From: Macrostomum lignano
Lineage: Eukaryota
Assembly (NCBI GenBank): GCA_002269645.1
Contig: NIVC01001433.1
Coordinates: 201,438 to 265,437, forward strand
Length of the DNA: 64,000 nucleotides
Direction of reading: 5' to 3'
The position numbers were made by a program, and so were the translations under genes. Of the stretch, positions 36,163-49,061 are shown piece after piece. Each line of letters starts with the position of its first letter. Positions within the stretch are counted from its first letter, which is position 1. A model generated the notes under the pieces. That model searched no databases, was not told the origin of the DNA, and saw only the letters and a program-made list of their open reading frames with translations.

Positions 36163-37315
36163 CGAGGTGTATCCCAAAAGTAAGTTTCCCTCATATGTAA
36201 CTCGGCACCCAAGAGGCTCAGCTAAGTGCCACGTACGTTGTTGCTTTCTTTTTTGTCTATGGCCCAACCGCCCTAAACAAGTCGCTAAGTCCTAGCTTGT
36301 TCTCGAGCTGCATGGCTGCAACCCAAGCACACAACCTTTGCAACGATGGCCGCGTCCAGCTCGTTCTCTCGCTATGACGTTCGAAGCATCATCAAGTTTT
36401 CTGTGCTGTCTGGAAAATCGACACCAGAGATTCATCAAGAACTCGTGAGAGTCCTAGGAGAAGCTGCACCAACCATTCAAACGGTCTGGAAGTGGGTGCG
36501 AGAAATTCAAGAAGGACAGGACTGCATGGAGGACAAAGAGCGTTCTGGACGACCAAGGACTGCGACAACGGATTCCAATGCTGATCGCGTGATGGCTTCT
36601 GTGAGTGAAGACAACAGAAGGACATGCAGTGAGCTGGAGGAACTCCTCGGCATTCCCCATGGGACCCAGAGCTGAAGCGGCAGTCAGCGCAGTGGCTTCC
36701 GATAGGATCGGCGAGTCCCGAGAAGGTGCGACGCAAGCAAGGCTCATTGAAGGTGATGCACATCATTTTTTGACATTGACGGGATCATTCTGGACTGGCC
36801 CCTGTGCCTGTGGGTACCAAAGTAAATGCTGAGTACTATCGATGGGTGCTTCAAGAGAAACTGCGACCAGCGATAAGGAAAAAGCGGCCGGGCCTTCTGG
36901 AGAGAGGCGTCATATTCCATCACGAAAACGCCCCGGTGCATCGGGCCAGACGGGTTGAAGAGCTGCTCGGCTCATGGAGCTGGGAAATTCTCCGCCACCC
37001 GTGCTACTCGCCTGATTTGGCTCCGGCGGACTTCTATCTGTTCCCGAAGATGAAAGAGAGCCTTCGTGGCCAGCGTTTCGGATCTGAGGAGCAGGTGAAC
37101 AACAGCGCTTCATCAGCTCTCCGACATCTGGCGATCGCCGGCTGCAGGCCCGCCTTTGAAGCGTGGGTGCGTCGCTGGGAAAAGTGCGTTGAGCTTGGCG
37201 GCCGATTTGTGGAGTGACAAATACTTTAAGTTGTGGTTTGACAAAGTTTACGTTTTTTAAAACTAATTGCTCACTGTTGGCAGCTGACCGAAACTTACTT
37301 TTGGGATACACCTCT
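36163..37315 (+). mobile_element. mariner (Tc1/mariner, D34D) transposon, internally deleted, 1153 bp
   Basis: 26-bp TIR CGAGGTGTATCCCAAAAGTAAGTTTC / GAAACTTACTTTTGGGATACACCTCT with TA on both sides. Transposase has the HTH N-terminus (36346-36675, RSGRPR) and the C-terminus with HHENAPVH and YSPDLAPADFYLF; WVPHEL and TGDE motifs are deleted; frameshift near 36768. Confidence 0.93.
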
Positions 37316-40019
37316 TAATTAATTTGGCTTACCCTTTAAAAATCTGAGTTTAAAGTCTGGGCGCACTTATTCAAAATATTTGATTTTTAGAGCCACCTCT
37401 CTCGGTTAATTGTGAAGTTCGGTTTAAAGGTGTTCTGCCTCGTTTGACAAATCCGAAAGACCCAGACGGTCTCTATTTTGGTTTTGTCAGCTGCGATCCA
37501 AAATTAGATGATGGCCAGCCATTATTAACATCCGTGTTGGCTGACGACACTCGACAACTTTTGAATGTGCGCGCAGACGAAGCTCGCGATCGCTGATTGA
37601 TTCTAGCGGACGCTCGCTGGTTGGAACCGGTTCAAGATTGCCCAGCTGACCAGCTGTTTAACATTAACGATTGCGTAGTGCTGCAGTTGGACGCCAGACA
37701 GAATGAGTACAGGCGGGGCCTGTCATTTTGGTTGGGCAATCGTCATATGTTTGAAGGCAAACCAGAGTGTTGTCTCATTGTTGAAGAGGCCCATTTGCAG
37801 CGAGAGCAAGACTTTGATCGTAAATTGGCAGGTTGGTTGAGTTGCCCTCGATTTTGCTTAGGATTGAATGACTTAGATAAACCTAGTATCTCGTAAGTTA
37901 AATATGTAGAATTGAGTTTCTGCTAGTATTTGTAGGATTAATGCTTTACTTGACAGGCCAAAGCTGTACAAATGCTGTATTTGATAATGCAAGGCTGTAC
38001 AACTGCTGTACTTGATCATGCAAAACTCTACAACTTCGCACCGCTCTTTTTAGAGAGCCGCGCCAATGCTGGCCAAATTTATCAGCCACCTGCTCAGCCT
38101 CTCAACTCATCTGATCCACGTCGCGACGAGGCTCAGGCACTGATGGAGAGTAAAGGCATTCGAATCGACTCGCATGTCAATTTAACATTCCTGGACAAGG
38201 TCGGCATGGTTATGTGGTTCGATTTCATTCCAAACCAAACAGATCTTGTTGTTGGCGTTGCTCTTGATGACAACGAAGGAGTTGAACGCGAAGGCTACGG
38301 GTTCGTGCCTTCTAGTCAAGTGCGAGCCGCGCATCCCAATGTTCAGCCTGATCTGTGGTTCACCTTTCTGAGCCTGATTGAGCCAGTGCAAAATGCCAAT
38401 AACCTGGAAGATCGGTCCAGAGGAGCTGAGGCTCTGCCTCACCAATTTGGCAGTGGCGACTTTGAAACCATTGCGGGTCCAACTGAGCCTCGAATTCGGC
38501 TAGGAGACATGGACAGATTGGTCGGTCGCAATCGCGGTGTCCAGGGACATCACAACTCTTGTTATCTGGACTCAACGCTATTCGCCATGTTTGCCACCGT
38601 TGACGCATTCGATGGCGTCCTAGAGCGGCCTGGTCAGGCTAAAGACATCGATAATTATGAAGAAATCAAGAATACTTTGCGCGAAGGTATTGTAAACTGT
38701 TTGAGAAGGTGAGCGACACTCCTACCCTGACCTACAGTTGTATATTGTATTTGTGTTCTCATATTTCTACTACTGTTAACTATTTTTAGAAACAAGTTTG
38801 TCAGCGCTAGGCAAGTTCTGAAGCTGCGAAAATGTCTTAACGATCTCGACATCATTCCAGGAATGATGGGCGAGGAAAAAGGTGATTTAATATAAGACTA
38901 GTCTGCTTTAATCCTCAGACTGGGTCTCTACTCTCCCAGATCCTTAGTCTGGGTTCCTACTGTTTATCAGATCCCTAGGCTGGGTCCCTACTCCTTCTCA
39001 GATCCCTAGGCTGAGTCCCTACTCTCCCATATCCCCAGACTAAGTCCCTACTCTCCCAGATCCCTAGGCTGGGTCCGTACTCTCTCATCCTTAGTCTGGG
39101 TCCCTACTCCTCAGGATTGAGGCTGAGTTCCTACTCTCCCAGATCCCTAGGCTGAGTCCCTACTCTCCCGGATCTCCTGGCTAAGTCCCTACTCTCCCCG
39201 ATCTCCAGGCTAAGTCCCTACTCTCCCAGATTTTCACGCTAAGTCCCTACTCTTCCCGATCTCCAGGCTGAGTCCCTACTCTCCCAGATCTCCAGGCTGA
39301 GTCCCTACTCTCCCCGATCTCCAGGCTGAGTCCCTACTCTCCCAGATCCCCAGACTAAGTCCCTACTCTCCCAGATCCCCAGACTAAGTCCCTACTCTCC
39401 CAGATCCCCAGACTAAGTCCCTACTCTCCCAGATCCCCAGACTAAGTCCCTACTCTCCCCGATCTCCAGACTAAGTCCCTACTCTCCCAGATCCCCAGAC
39501 TAAGTCCCTACTCTCCCAGATCCCCAGACTAAGTCCCTTCTCTCCCAGATCCCCAGTAAACATAAGATACCTTTTTATCCTCATGTCGTTTCAACCCAAC
39601 CCGCAGACCCCGAGGAGTTCATCAACCTGCTGCTGGACCACGCGCTCCGTCACGAGCCGTTCATCAAACTGAGCACTGGGCAGAGCTCCCATGTGCTGCA
39701 GCTGTTTCTTGATCGGGCCGATTTGCCTTTCGAACAGCAGAAGCAGCAACAGCAGGTATGTGATCTTTGAACGATAAGAAGATTATAAAAATCTCAGCGA
39801 ATTCATTATTTTATGTGTATACCGGATATGCAGCAAAAAACTTTCATATAAGTTTTTATTAATAATCTATTGGCTAAAGGACTAGCAATCACACCGATAT
39901 TAAACAAGCCTTCTATATAATTGTTTTTTTGACATAAGAAATTTGTGAAACTAAAATAGCTGTCGCATTCCCTGATATCATCGCTTAGGGATCAGCTTCC
40001 CGGCTTTTGAGCAACTCCC

Positions 40020-41175
40020 TCATCAGCCATGGCATCTCAGCAACTCCTCCATTGAGCCAATTGGCATCTCAGCAACTCCCCATTGAGCCAATTGGCATCT
40101 CACCAACTCCCCATTGAGCCAATCGGCATCTCAGCAACTCCCCATTGAGCCAATTAGCATCTCAGCAACTCCCCATTGAGCCAATTGGCATCTCAGCAAC
40201 TCCCCATTGAGCCAATTGGCATCTTAGCAACTCCCCATTGAGCCAATTGGTATCTCAGCAACTCCCCATTGAGCCAATTGGCATCTCAGCAACTCCCCAT
40301 TGAGCCAATTGGCATCTCAGCAACTCCCCATTGAGCCAATTGGCATCTCAGCAACTCCCCATTGAGCCAATTGGCATCTCAGCAACTCCCCATTGAGCCA
40401 ATTGGCATCTCAGCAACTCCCCATTGAGCCAATTGGCATCTCAGCAACTCCCCATTGAGCCAATTGGCATCTCAGCAACTCCCCATTAAGCCAATTGGCA
40501 TCTCAGCAACTCCCCATTGAGCCAATTGGCATCTCAGCAACTCCCCATTGAGCCAATTGGCATCTCAGCAACTCCCCATTGAGCCAATCGGCATCTCAGC
40601 AACTCCCCATTGAGCCAATTGGCATCTCAGCAACTCCTCCATTGAGCCAATTGGCATCTCACCAACTCCCCATTGAGCCAATCGGCATCTCAGCAACTCC
40701 CCATTGAGCCAATTAGCATCTCAGCAACTCCCCATTGAGCCAATTGGCATCTCAGCAACTCCCCATTGAGCCAATTGGCATCTTAGCAACTCCCCATTGA
40801 GCCAATTGGCATCTCAGCAACTCCCCATTGAGCCAATTGGCATCTCAGCAACTCCCCATTGAGCCAATTGGCATCTCAGCAACTCCCCATTGAGCCAATT
40901 GGCATCTCAGCAACTCCCCATTGAGCCAATTGGCATCTCAGCAACTCCCCATTGAGCCAATTAGCATCTCAGCAACTCCCCATTGAGCCAATTGGCATCT
41001 CAGCAACTCCCCATTGAGCCAATTGGCATCTCAGCAACTCCCCATTGAGCCAATTGGCATCTCAGCAACTCCCCATTGAGCCAATTGGCATCTCAGCAAC
41101 TCCCCATTGAGCCAATTGGCATCTCAGCAACTCCCCATTGAGCCAATTGGCATCTCAGCAACTCCTCTTTGAGCC
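40020..41175. repeat. 31-bp minisatellite (GAGCCAATTGGCATCTCAGCAACTCCCCATT)n, ~37 units, CYLD copy 2 intron 5
   Basis: Period 31 (GAGCC at 40271 and 40302); only ~4 degenerate units in copy 1 (29790-29920). Confidence 0.95.
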
Positions 41176-41869
41176 ATGACATGACAGCAACGCTTGTATC
41201 ATTTGCGTTCCCACAGCAGCAGCAGCAGCCGCATTCCACTGGTGCACTCGAGCACATCGCGGACACTGAGACCCTGCTGCACCTGTCGCTAATCCAGAGC
41301 AACATCCAGTTTAGCGAGCCGCCGCAGTGCCTGATTCTGCAGATGCCTCGATCTGGGAAGTCATATAAGATGTTCCACCGCATCCTGCCAGTGCTGCAGT
41401 TGAACATCACCAACCTGCTGCCGGACACCGCCAGGGCCTGCAACATCTGCGGCAACTTTGCCACTATCGAGTGCCATCAGTGCTTTCTCAAGCACGACTC
41501 CGGCCGAGACTACACCTATTGCGAACCTTGCTACAATACGTTTGCGGATCACAGAAAAGGGAAAACGCATGAGCCAATCAAGATTAAATATCCTAAGCAT
41601 ATCCTGGAGCAATATCAGAATCCTGGACAGGTGGTTGAAAGTCAGACTGTCATGGATCTGCTGGCTGTTGTCTGTATTTGCACCAGTCACTACGTCTGCT
41701 TCTTGCGGGCCGAGCCCAACCACTGGCTGTTCTTCGATAGCATGGCCGATAGGGAGGGCGGTGAGTTCAGACTAGCTACTCGCCTCAGCATCCTCTCTCT
41801 CTCATCGTCTTGCATTCCATCCCCAATTCCCATTTCATCCCCATCCCCTTGCCATCCCCATTCCATCCC

Positions 41870-43568
41870 AGTAGTAGGGGTAAGCAGGGCGACAGGGCGG
41901 AGATACGAGTAAGAGGCGGGGTAGTAGTGCATTGGGATAGGAGGAGGCCGCCTATCTCTCAACATAAAGATGGTTAACACTGCAGAGATAGGCGGAGAGG
42001 CGGCCTATCTCTTTGTACTTGGAATGGTTAACACTGCAGAGATAGGAGGAGAGGCAGCCTATCTCTTTGTACTTGGGACGGTTAACACTGTAGAGATAGG
42101 AGGAGAGGCAGCCTATCTCTTTGTACTTGGGACGGTTAACACTGTAGAGATAGGAGGAGAGGCAGCCTATCTCTTTGTACTTGGGACGGTTAACACTGCA
42201 GAGATAGGAGGAGAGGCAGCCTATCTCTTTGTACTTGGGACGGTTAACACTGCAGAGATAGGAGGAGAGGCGGCCTATCTCTTTGTACTTGGGACGGTTA
42301 ACACTGTAGAGATAGGAGGAGAGGCGGCCTATCTCTTTGTACTTAATGGGACGGTTAACACTGCAGAGATAGGAGGAGAGGCAGCCTATCTCTTTGTACT
42401 TGGGACGGTTAACACTGCAGAGATAGGAGGAGAGGCGGCCTATCTCTTTGTACTTGGGACGGTTAACACTGCAGAGATAGGAGGAGAGGCGGCCTATCTC
42501 TTTGTACTTGGAATGGTTAACACTGCATAGATAGGAGGAGAGGCGGCCTATCTCTTTGTACTTGGAATGGTTAACACTGTAGAGATAGGAGGAGAGGCGG
42601 CCTATCTCTTTGTACTTGGGACGGTTAACACTGCAGAGATAGGAGGAGAGGCGGCCTATCTCTTTGTACTTGGAATGGTTAACACTGCAGAGATAGGAGG
42701 AGAGGCAGCCTATCTCTTTGTACTTGGGACGGTTAACACTGCAGAGATAGGAGGAGAGGCGGCCTATCTCTTTGTACTTGGAATGGTTAACACTGTAGAG
42801 ATAGGAGGAGAGGCGGCCTATCTCTTTGTACTTGGGACGGTTAACACTGCATAGATAGGAGGGGGCGGCCTATCTCTTTGTACTGGGGACGGTTAACACT
42901 GTAGAGATAGGAGGAGAGGCGGCCTATCTCTTTGTACTTGGGACGGTTAACACTGCATAGATAGGAGGAGAGGCGGCCTATCTCTTTGTACTTGGGACGG
43001 TTAACACTGCATAGATAGGAGGGGAGGCGGCCTATCTCTTTGTACTTGGGACGGTTAACACTGCAGAGATAGGAGGAGAGGCAGCCTATCTCTTTGTACT
43101 TGGGACGGTTAACACTGCAGAGATAAGATGGAGTGGGTTAGTTGAATGAATGCTTAATGTTTCCAGGTACAATATATGGCGTCCAGTAATTGACCCAATA
43201 GACTTATCTATTATCAGTAAGTACACTTAGTAAAGCAACAAAGACCAGCCAGTAAACACTGTACAGTGCATGCAAGAAAAAACAGCTAAATCCAGGCCAA
43301 TCCAGGCCCCAGACAGTTACTCTGCAGCAGCCACCCTTTCTAATTTGTCCAGGTAGTAAAATTGTTTTTTTGTGTGCAAAAGTTAGCCGCCTCCCCTATC
43401 TCTACAGTGTTGAGCATCCCCAGTACAAAGAGATAGGCCGCCTCTCCTCCTATCTCTGCAATGTTAACTGTCTCTATGTTGAGAGATAGGCCGCCTCCTC
43501 CTATCCCAATGCACTACCCCGCCTCCTATCTCCGCCGTGTTGGCCGTGTTCTGCTAACCCCTACTACT
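41870..43568. mobile_element. Mini-Maverick-like element in CYLD copy 2 intron 6, 1699 bp
   Basis: Same AGTAGTAG...CTACTACT termini and CATCCC flanks as in copy 1; longer 54-bp array (41970-43125). Confidence 0.7.
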
Positions 43569-44346
43569 CATCCCCATCCCCATCCCTATGCCACCCCCAT
43601 TTTAACCAGTTCATAAATGATTGAATTTCCAGGCTGCAACGATGGCTACAACATCCCGGAGGTGACCCGCGTCGATGGCCTTGAAGAGTGGCTTCGCGAT
43701 CTTCAAGGCAAGACAGGCAACGCACCGCCTCCAGAACAGGGCAACCGCCTGCTAGAGGATTGCTATCTGTGTTTCTACGGCAATCCAAGATCTGTGCCCT
43801 TCCCTAGCAGCTCCTGAAGTAATATTGAAAACCATATACTTCATTTTAAACGTTTTCGTCTTCTTTGAGATTCAACATCGTTTTTATTTATCAAATTTGC
43901 GATTCTCTCTTTTCTCAGTAAATAATATAATTTGTAAATATTTTTAATAAGAGGAATGCGAAAGCTATTAAAACCAATAACGGAGGATTAAACTCGGAGA
44001 AAAACGGTTCAACTTTCAAAACAAATAAGAGTCTACAATACGAGACAGACGCTTGTATAGAACTTAACTTTAATAATAATTTTAAGTCTGTTGTTACTCC
44101 AGAATCGGCATAAAATACTTTTATATACTACTTGCAGTAGTAAAAAAAGTGGTAGCTTAAGCGCCGGAAGCATATAATGTATACACATACAACGTTTGTA
44201 TTGGACCAAATTGATTAATTTTTAATTAAATGAGTTTTCTTTTCATATATTTCTGGTTGGTGATCTGATGTGTACCATTTATTCCACTGTAATTGCATAT
44301 TTCTACGCCGTCTCACCCAGTGATTAAACGATTTAATGCCATCATC

Positions 44347-45284
44347 CAGGGGCGTCGCCACCGGGGGGACATGCTAATGCTTTGTCATGCCAATGCTCCA
44401 CCCCATCTTGTGACCCGTTATGGAAATCAATAATTTTGCTTACGGGCTCCAAAGCATAGCGCCTGCGGCACCAAAATGAGTGCCTTCGGCGCCAAAATGA
44501 ATGTCTGTGGCGCCAAAATGAATGTCTGTGGTGCCAAAATAAGTGACTGTGGCGCCAAAATGAGTGACTGTGGCGCCAAAATGAGTGACTGTGGTGCCAA
44601 AATAAGTGACTGTGGCGCCAAAATGAGTGACTGTGGCACCAAAATGAGTGACTGTGGCACCATAATGAGTGACTGTGGCGCCAAAATGAGTGACTGTGGC
44701 ACCAAAATGAGTGACTGTGGCGCCAAAATGAGTGACTGTGGCACCAAAATGAGTGACTGTGGCGCCAAAATAAGTGACTGTGGCACCAAAATGAGTGACT
44801 GTGGCACCAAAATGAGTGACTGTGGCGCCAAAATGAGTGACTGTGGCGCCAAAATGAGTGACTGTGGCGCCAAAATGAGTGACTGTGGCGCAAAATAAGT
44901 GACTGTGGCGCAAAAATGAGTGACTGTGGCACCAAAATGAGTGACTGTGGCGCCAAAATAAGTGACTGTGGCGCCAAAATGAGTGACTGTGGCACCAAAA
45001 TGAGTGACTGTGGCGCCAAAATAAGTGACTGTGGCACCAAAATGAGTGACTGTGGCACCAAAATGAGTGACTGTGGCGCCAAAATAAGTGACTGTGGCAC
45101 CAAAATGAGTGACTGTGGCGCCAAAATGAGTGACTACTGCGCCAGAATGAGTGACTGTGGCATCAAAATGAGCGCTGACAACACCAATTCTCAAAATAAT
45201 GTACATGTAGTTATTTAGTCATGTACATGCAGAATTCTTGGCTTTGTCCCCTTCCCCACCATAAAATCCATGGCGACGCCTCCG
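44347..45284. mobile_element. hAT-like MITE with 21-bp minisatellite (duplicate of 32603-33540)
   Basis: Essentially identical at offset 11744. Confidence 0.7.
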
Positions 45285-45989
45285 TCATCATCAATCAATA
45301 AAAAATTATTCAATCGAATGTGATTCTCAATGAAAGTTTTAATTGTTTTGTCTCGATGTTTATTTTTTTCTTAATCCCTATTTATTATCATCATCACACC
45401 TGTAAATGTGTAGAATGTGTAAAATGCTTATCCAGATCGACCCCCTGCTGTGCTGATGCAGAGGGTTTTCTTGCTTTTTTGCAAAAAAAATTAATTCATT
45501 CTGTACTAAAAACAAAACAAAGTGAAATCAACTTTTTAGACAAGCCTGTTATATTTTAAACGAGAAATGTACTCGTATCAGCAAACATTATGACTAAATA
45601 TTATTGAAAACTGAATCGTAGCTTGACTTGTCTTGGCATGTTTTTATTTATCCAGATTAGTACAAGCTGAACCTGGCGACCCACAACAGATGCAATTTTG
45701 TATTTTAAATGTTGGTAATTACTGTATTTCACTTCTAAATCCTTTCAAACTTCACAATGGCAATCCGGCCCGCTCAGCTCTCTTCTCCACAATCTCTCAT
45801 CTCTGCTCTCGTCTTCTATTTCTCTCCTCTCCACTTTTTTATCTTTTTTCTCTTCTCTCCTTCTCTCTCTTGTCCTTCTTCTCCTCTCTTCTCCTTATAT
45901 TCCCTTGCTTCTTCTTTCTCCCTCTGGCCCACAATCATGCGCTAAGTTATCTTGCATTGCATTCCCAATGAGTCTATTTTATTAATTCC

Positions 45990-46880
45990 CATCCCACTGA
46001 TTCCCACCTCACAGCTCCCCATCCCACAGATTCCCATCCCAAAGATTCCCATCCCACATCTCCCATCCCACAGCTCCCCATCCCACAGATTCCCATCCCA
46101 AAGATTCCCATCCCACATCTCCCATCCCACAGCTCCCTATCCCACAGATTCCCATCCCACAGATCCCCATCCCACATCTCCCATCCCACAGATCCCCATC
46201 CCACATCTCCCATCCCACAGATCCCCATCCCCACAGCTCCCCATCCCACAGATTCCCATCCCACAGCCCCCCATCCCACAGATCCCCATCCCAACAGATT
46301 CCCATCCCACAGCCCCCCATCCCACAGATCCCCATCCCACAGATTCCCATCCCACAGCTCCCCATCCCACAGATTCCCATCCCACAGATTCCCATCTCAC
46401 ATCTCCCATCCCACAGCTCCCATCCCACAGATCCCCATCCCACAGATTCCCATCCCACAGATCCCCATCCCACAGATTCCCATCCCACAGATCCCCATCT
46501 CACATCTCCCATCCCACAGCTCCCATCCCACAGATCCCCATCCCACAGATTCCCATCCCACAGATCCCCATCCCACAGCTCCTATCCTACAGATCCCCAT
46601 TCCACAGATTCCCATCCCACAGATCCCCATCCCACAGCTCCCATCCCACAGCTCCCATCCCACAGCTCCCAATCCACACAGCTCCCTATCCCACAGCTCC
46701 CCATCCCACAGATTCCCATCCCACAGATCCCCATCCCACAGATCCCCATCCCACAGATTCCCATCCCACAGCTCCCATCCCACAGCTCCCATCCCACAGC
46801 TCCCAATCCCCACAGCTCCCCATCCCACAGATCCCCACCCCACAGCTCCCATGCCACAGCTCCCCATTCCACAGCTCCCA
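45990..46880. repeat. C-rich CCCCATCCCACAG satellite upstream of CYLD copy 3
   Basis: Near-identical to 34245-35135 with small unit indels. Confidence 0.92.
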
Positions 46881-47550
46881 CAATGCCAGTAGCTCAACTA
46901 CTTCCTGTCCAACAAAAGTTGCATTTATTTTTCAAGTGAATTCAGTACCTATAGATTCAACTTCAAGCGCAAACCAATGCATGCGAAGATTGCTTTTTTA
47001 TCAAGCAATTGATGATGGAAAGTTTGGTAAAAAAGCGCCAGATTGAGCTGCCTAGCGACACAGAAAATCCCGGCAGTTTTAAGTGTTTCATAAATCGGTA
47101 CAAAACGTCTGTCACCGTAAAAATTGGAAACAAAGATCAGATAGAAACAAGGAAGCATCAGATGGATTCTGGCCTATTGTGGCTTATTGCACCTGACAGT
47201 GGAGGTGCAAATCAACTTGCACCATTGTATCGCTCATTGGAGTTCGAATCCTTGTATTGCCAGATGCATCCAGACGATAGAGTGCCTTTAACAGTTGAAC
47301 AGGCCCGGATTTTGCTACCTGTGCCAGTACACAAGCGATTGGATTCTTGTCTTTCGAATAGTTTCCAAGTGGCCCAACGCTGCCAAGTTGGTAGCATCGT
47401 GTCTGTTCGCGATCCGAGTTGTTTTGAGAAGCAAGGTTTGTTTTTTATCTCTGAGTCTGATCAAAGTTTCTTTTTTAATAGGCATACTGGTTCATTTTTT
47501 CGCTCAATTAGATTTCAAGTCAAAAGCATTCTAACTTCATTTAAGTCTGA

Positions 47551-47870
47551 GACAGCGCAGCTCAGCGGTAAACGCGTCGTACTAAATCGTACCACGACCC
47601 CTGGTTCGACTCCTTGCACGGGCACATTCAGAGCTTGTGTTCACTAAAATAGGACAGGGGTTTGTGCGATTTACAGCCATGGAGGCCAGCCCCAAAGGCA
47701 CAGGGAGTGTACATGCCTGACGACTAGAAAGTCAGGGCCACTGTACACCCTGTGTGAGCGTGTGCCTGCCTGCGTAATGTATTGGCGTGCTTGTATGTGC
47801 TCAGGAGTGATCGGAATAGGCAGAATTGCCTCAGTGCTCGTCTACCATAGAGGATAGTCTACTACTATTC
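47551..47870 (+). mobile_element. tRNA-derived SINE (duplicate of 35805-36125)
   Basis: Identical at offset 11746. Confidence 0.65.
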
Positions 47871-47908
47871 TAGGCTACGATATCGGCTTCTTTTTAATTC
47901 TACATGTA

Positions 47909-49061
47909 CGAGGTGTATCCCAAAAGTAAGTTTCCCTCATATGTAACTCGGCACCCAAGAGGCTCAGCTAAGTGCCACGTACGTTGTTGCTTTCTTTTTT
48001 GTCTATGGCCCAACCGCCCTAAACAAGTCGCTAAGTCCTAGCTTGTTCTCGAGCTGCATGGCTGCAACCCAAGCACACAACCTTTGCAACGATGGCCGCG
48101 TCCAGCTCGTTCTCTCGCTATGACGTTCGAAGCATCATCAAGTTTTCTGTGCTGTCTGGAAAATCGACACCAGAGATTCATCAAGAACTCGTGAGAGTCC
48201 TAGGAGAAGCTGCACCAACCATTCAAACGGTCTGGAAGTGGGTGCGAGAAATTCAAGAAGGACAGGACTGCATGGAGGACAAAGAGCGTTCTGGACGACC
48301 AAGGACTGCGACAACGGATTCCAATGCTGATCGCGTGATGGCTTCTGTGAGTGAAGACAACAGAAGGACATGCAGTGAGCTGGAGGAACTCCTCGGCATT
48401 CCCCATGGGACCCAGAGCTGAAGCGGCAGTCAGCGCAGTGGCTTCCGATAGGATCGGCGAGTCCCGAGAAGGTGCGACGCAAGCAAGGCTCATTGAAGGT
48501 GATGCACATCATTTTTTGACATTGACGGGATCATTCTGGACTGGCCCCTGTGCCTGTGGGTACCAAAGTAAATGCTGAGTACTATCGATGGGTGCTTCAA
48601 GAGAAACTGCGACCAGCGATAAGGAAAAAGCGGCCGGGCCTTCTGGAGAGAGGCGTCATATTCCATCACGAAAACGCCCCGGTGCATCGGGCCAGACGGG
48701 TTGAAGAGCTGCTCGGCTCATGGAGCTGGGAAATTCTCCGCCACCCGTGCTACTCGCCTGATTTGGCTCCGGCGGACTTCTATCTGTTCCCGAAGATGAA
48801 AGAGAGCCTTCGTGGCCAGCGTTTCGGATCTGAGGAGCAGGTGAACAACAGCGCTTCATCAGCTCTCCGACATCTGGCGATCGCCGGCTGCAGGCCCGCC
48901 TTTGAAGCGTGGGTGCGTCGCTGGGAAAAGTGCGTTGAGCTTGGCGGCCGATTTGTGGAGTGACAAATACTTTAAGTTGTGGTTTGACAAAGTTTACGTT
49001 TTTTAAAACTAATTGCTCACTGTTGGCAGCTGACCGAAACTTACTTTTGGGATACACCTCT
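47909..49061 (+). mobile_element. mariner transposon, internally deleted (duplicate of 36163-37315)
   Basis: Identical TIRs, TA flanks, deletion and frameshift at offset 11746. Confidence 0.93.

Larger units (their letters stand above)
35266..43817 (+). pseudogene. CYLD: CYLD copy 2: nonsense codon and CAP-Gly deletion in exon 2, USP exons intact
   Basis: Exons 35266/35269-35689, 37391-37831, 38054-38708, 38790-38881, 39607-39755, 41217-41760, 43633-43817. CGA>TGA at 37594-37596; 27-codon in-frame deletion (IKWLG...PNS) relative to copy 1; exons 3-7 are open with the catalytic Cys/His/Asp retained. Confidence 0.85.

Noticed and set aside
41970-43125. 54-bp hairpin-containing array as a CRISPR-like locus or (VNTAEIGGEAAYLFVLG)n protein
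   Set aside because: Units are contiguous with no unique spacers, there are no cas genes, the context is eukaryotic and intronic, and TAG variants break the frame.
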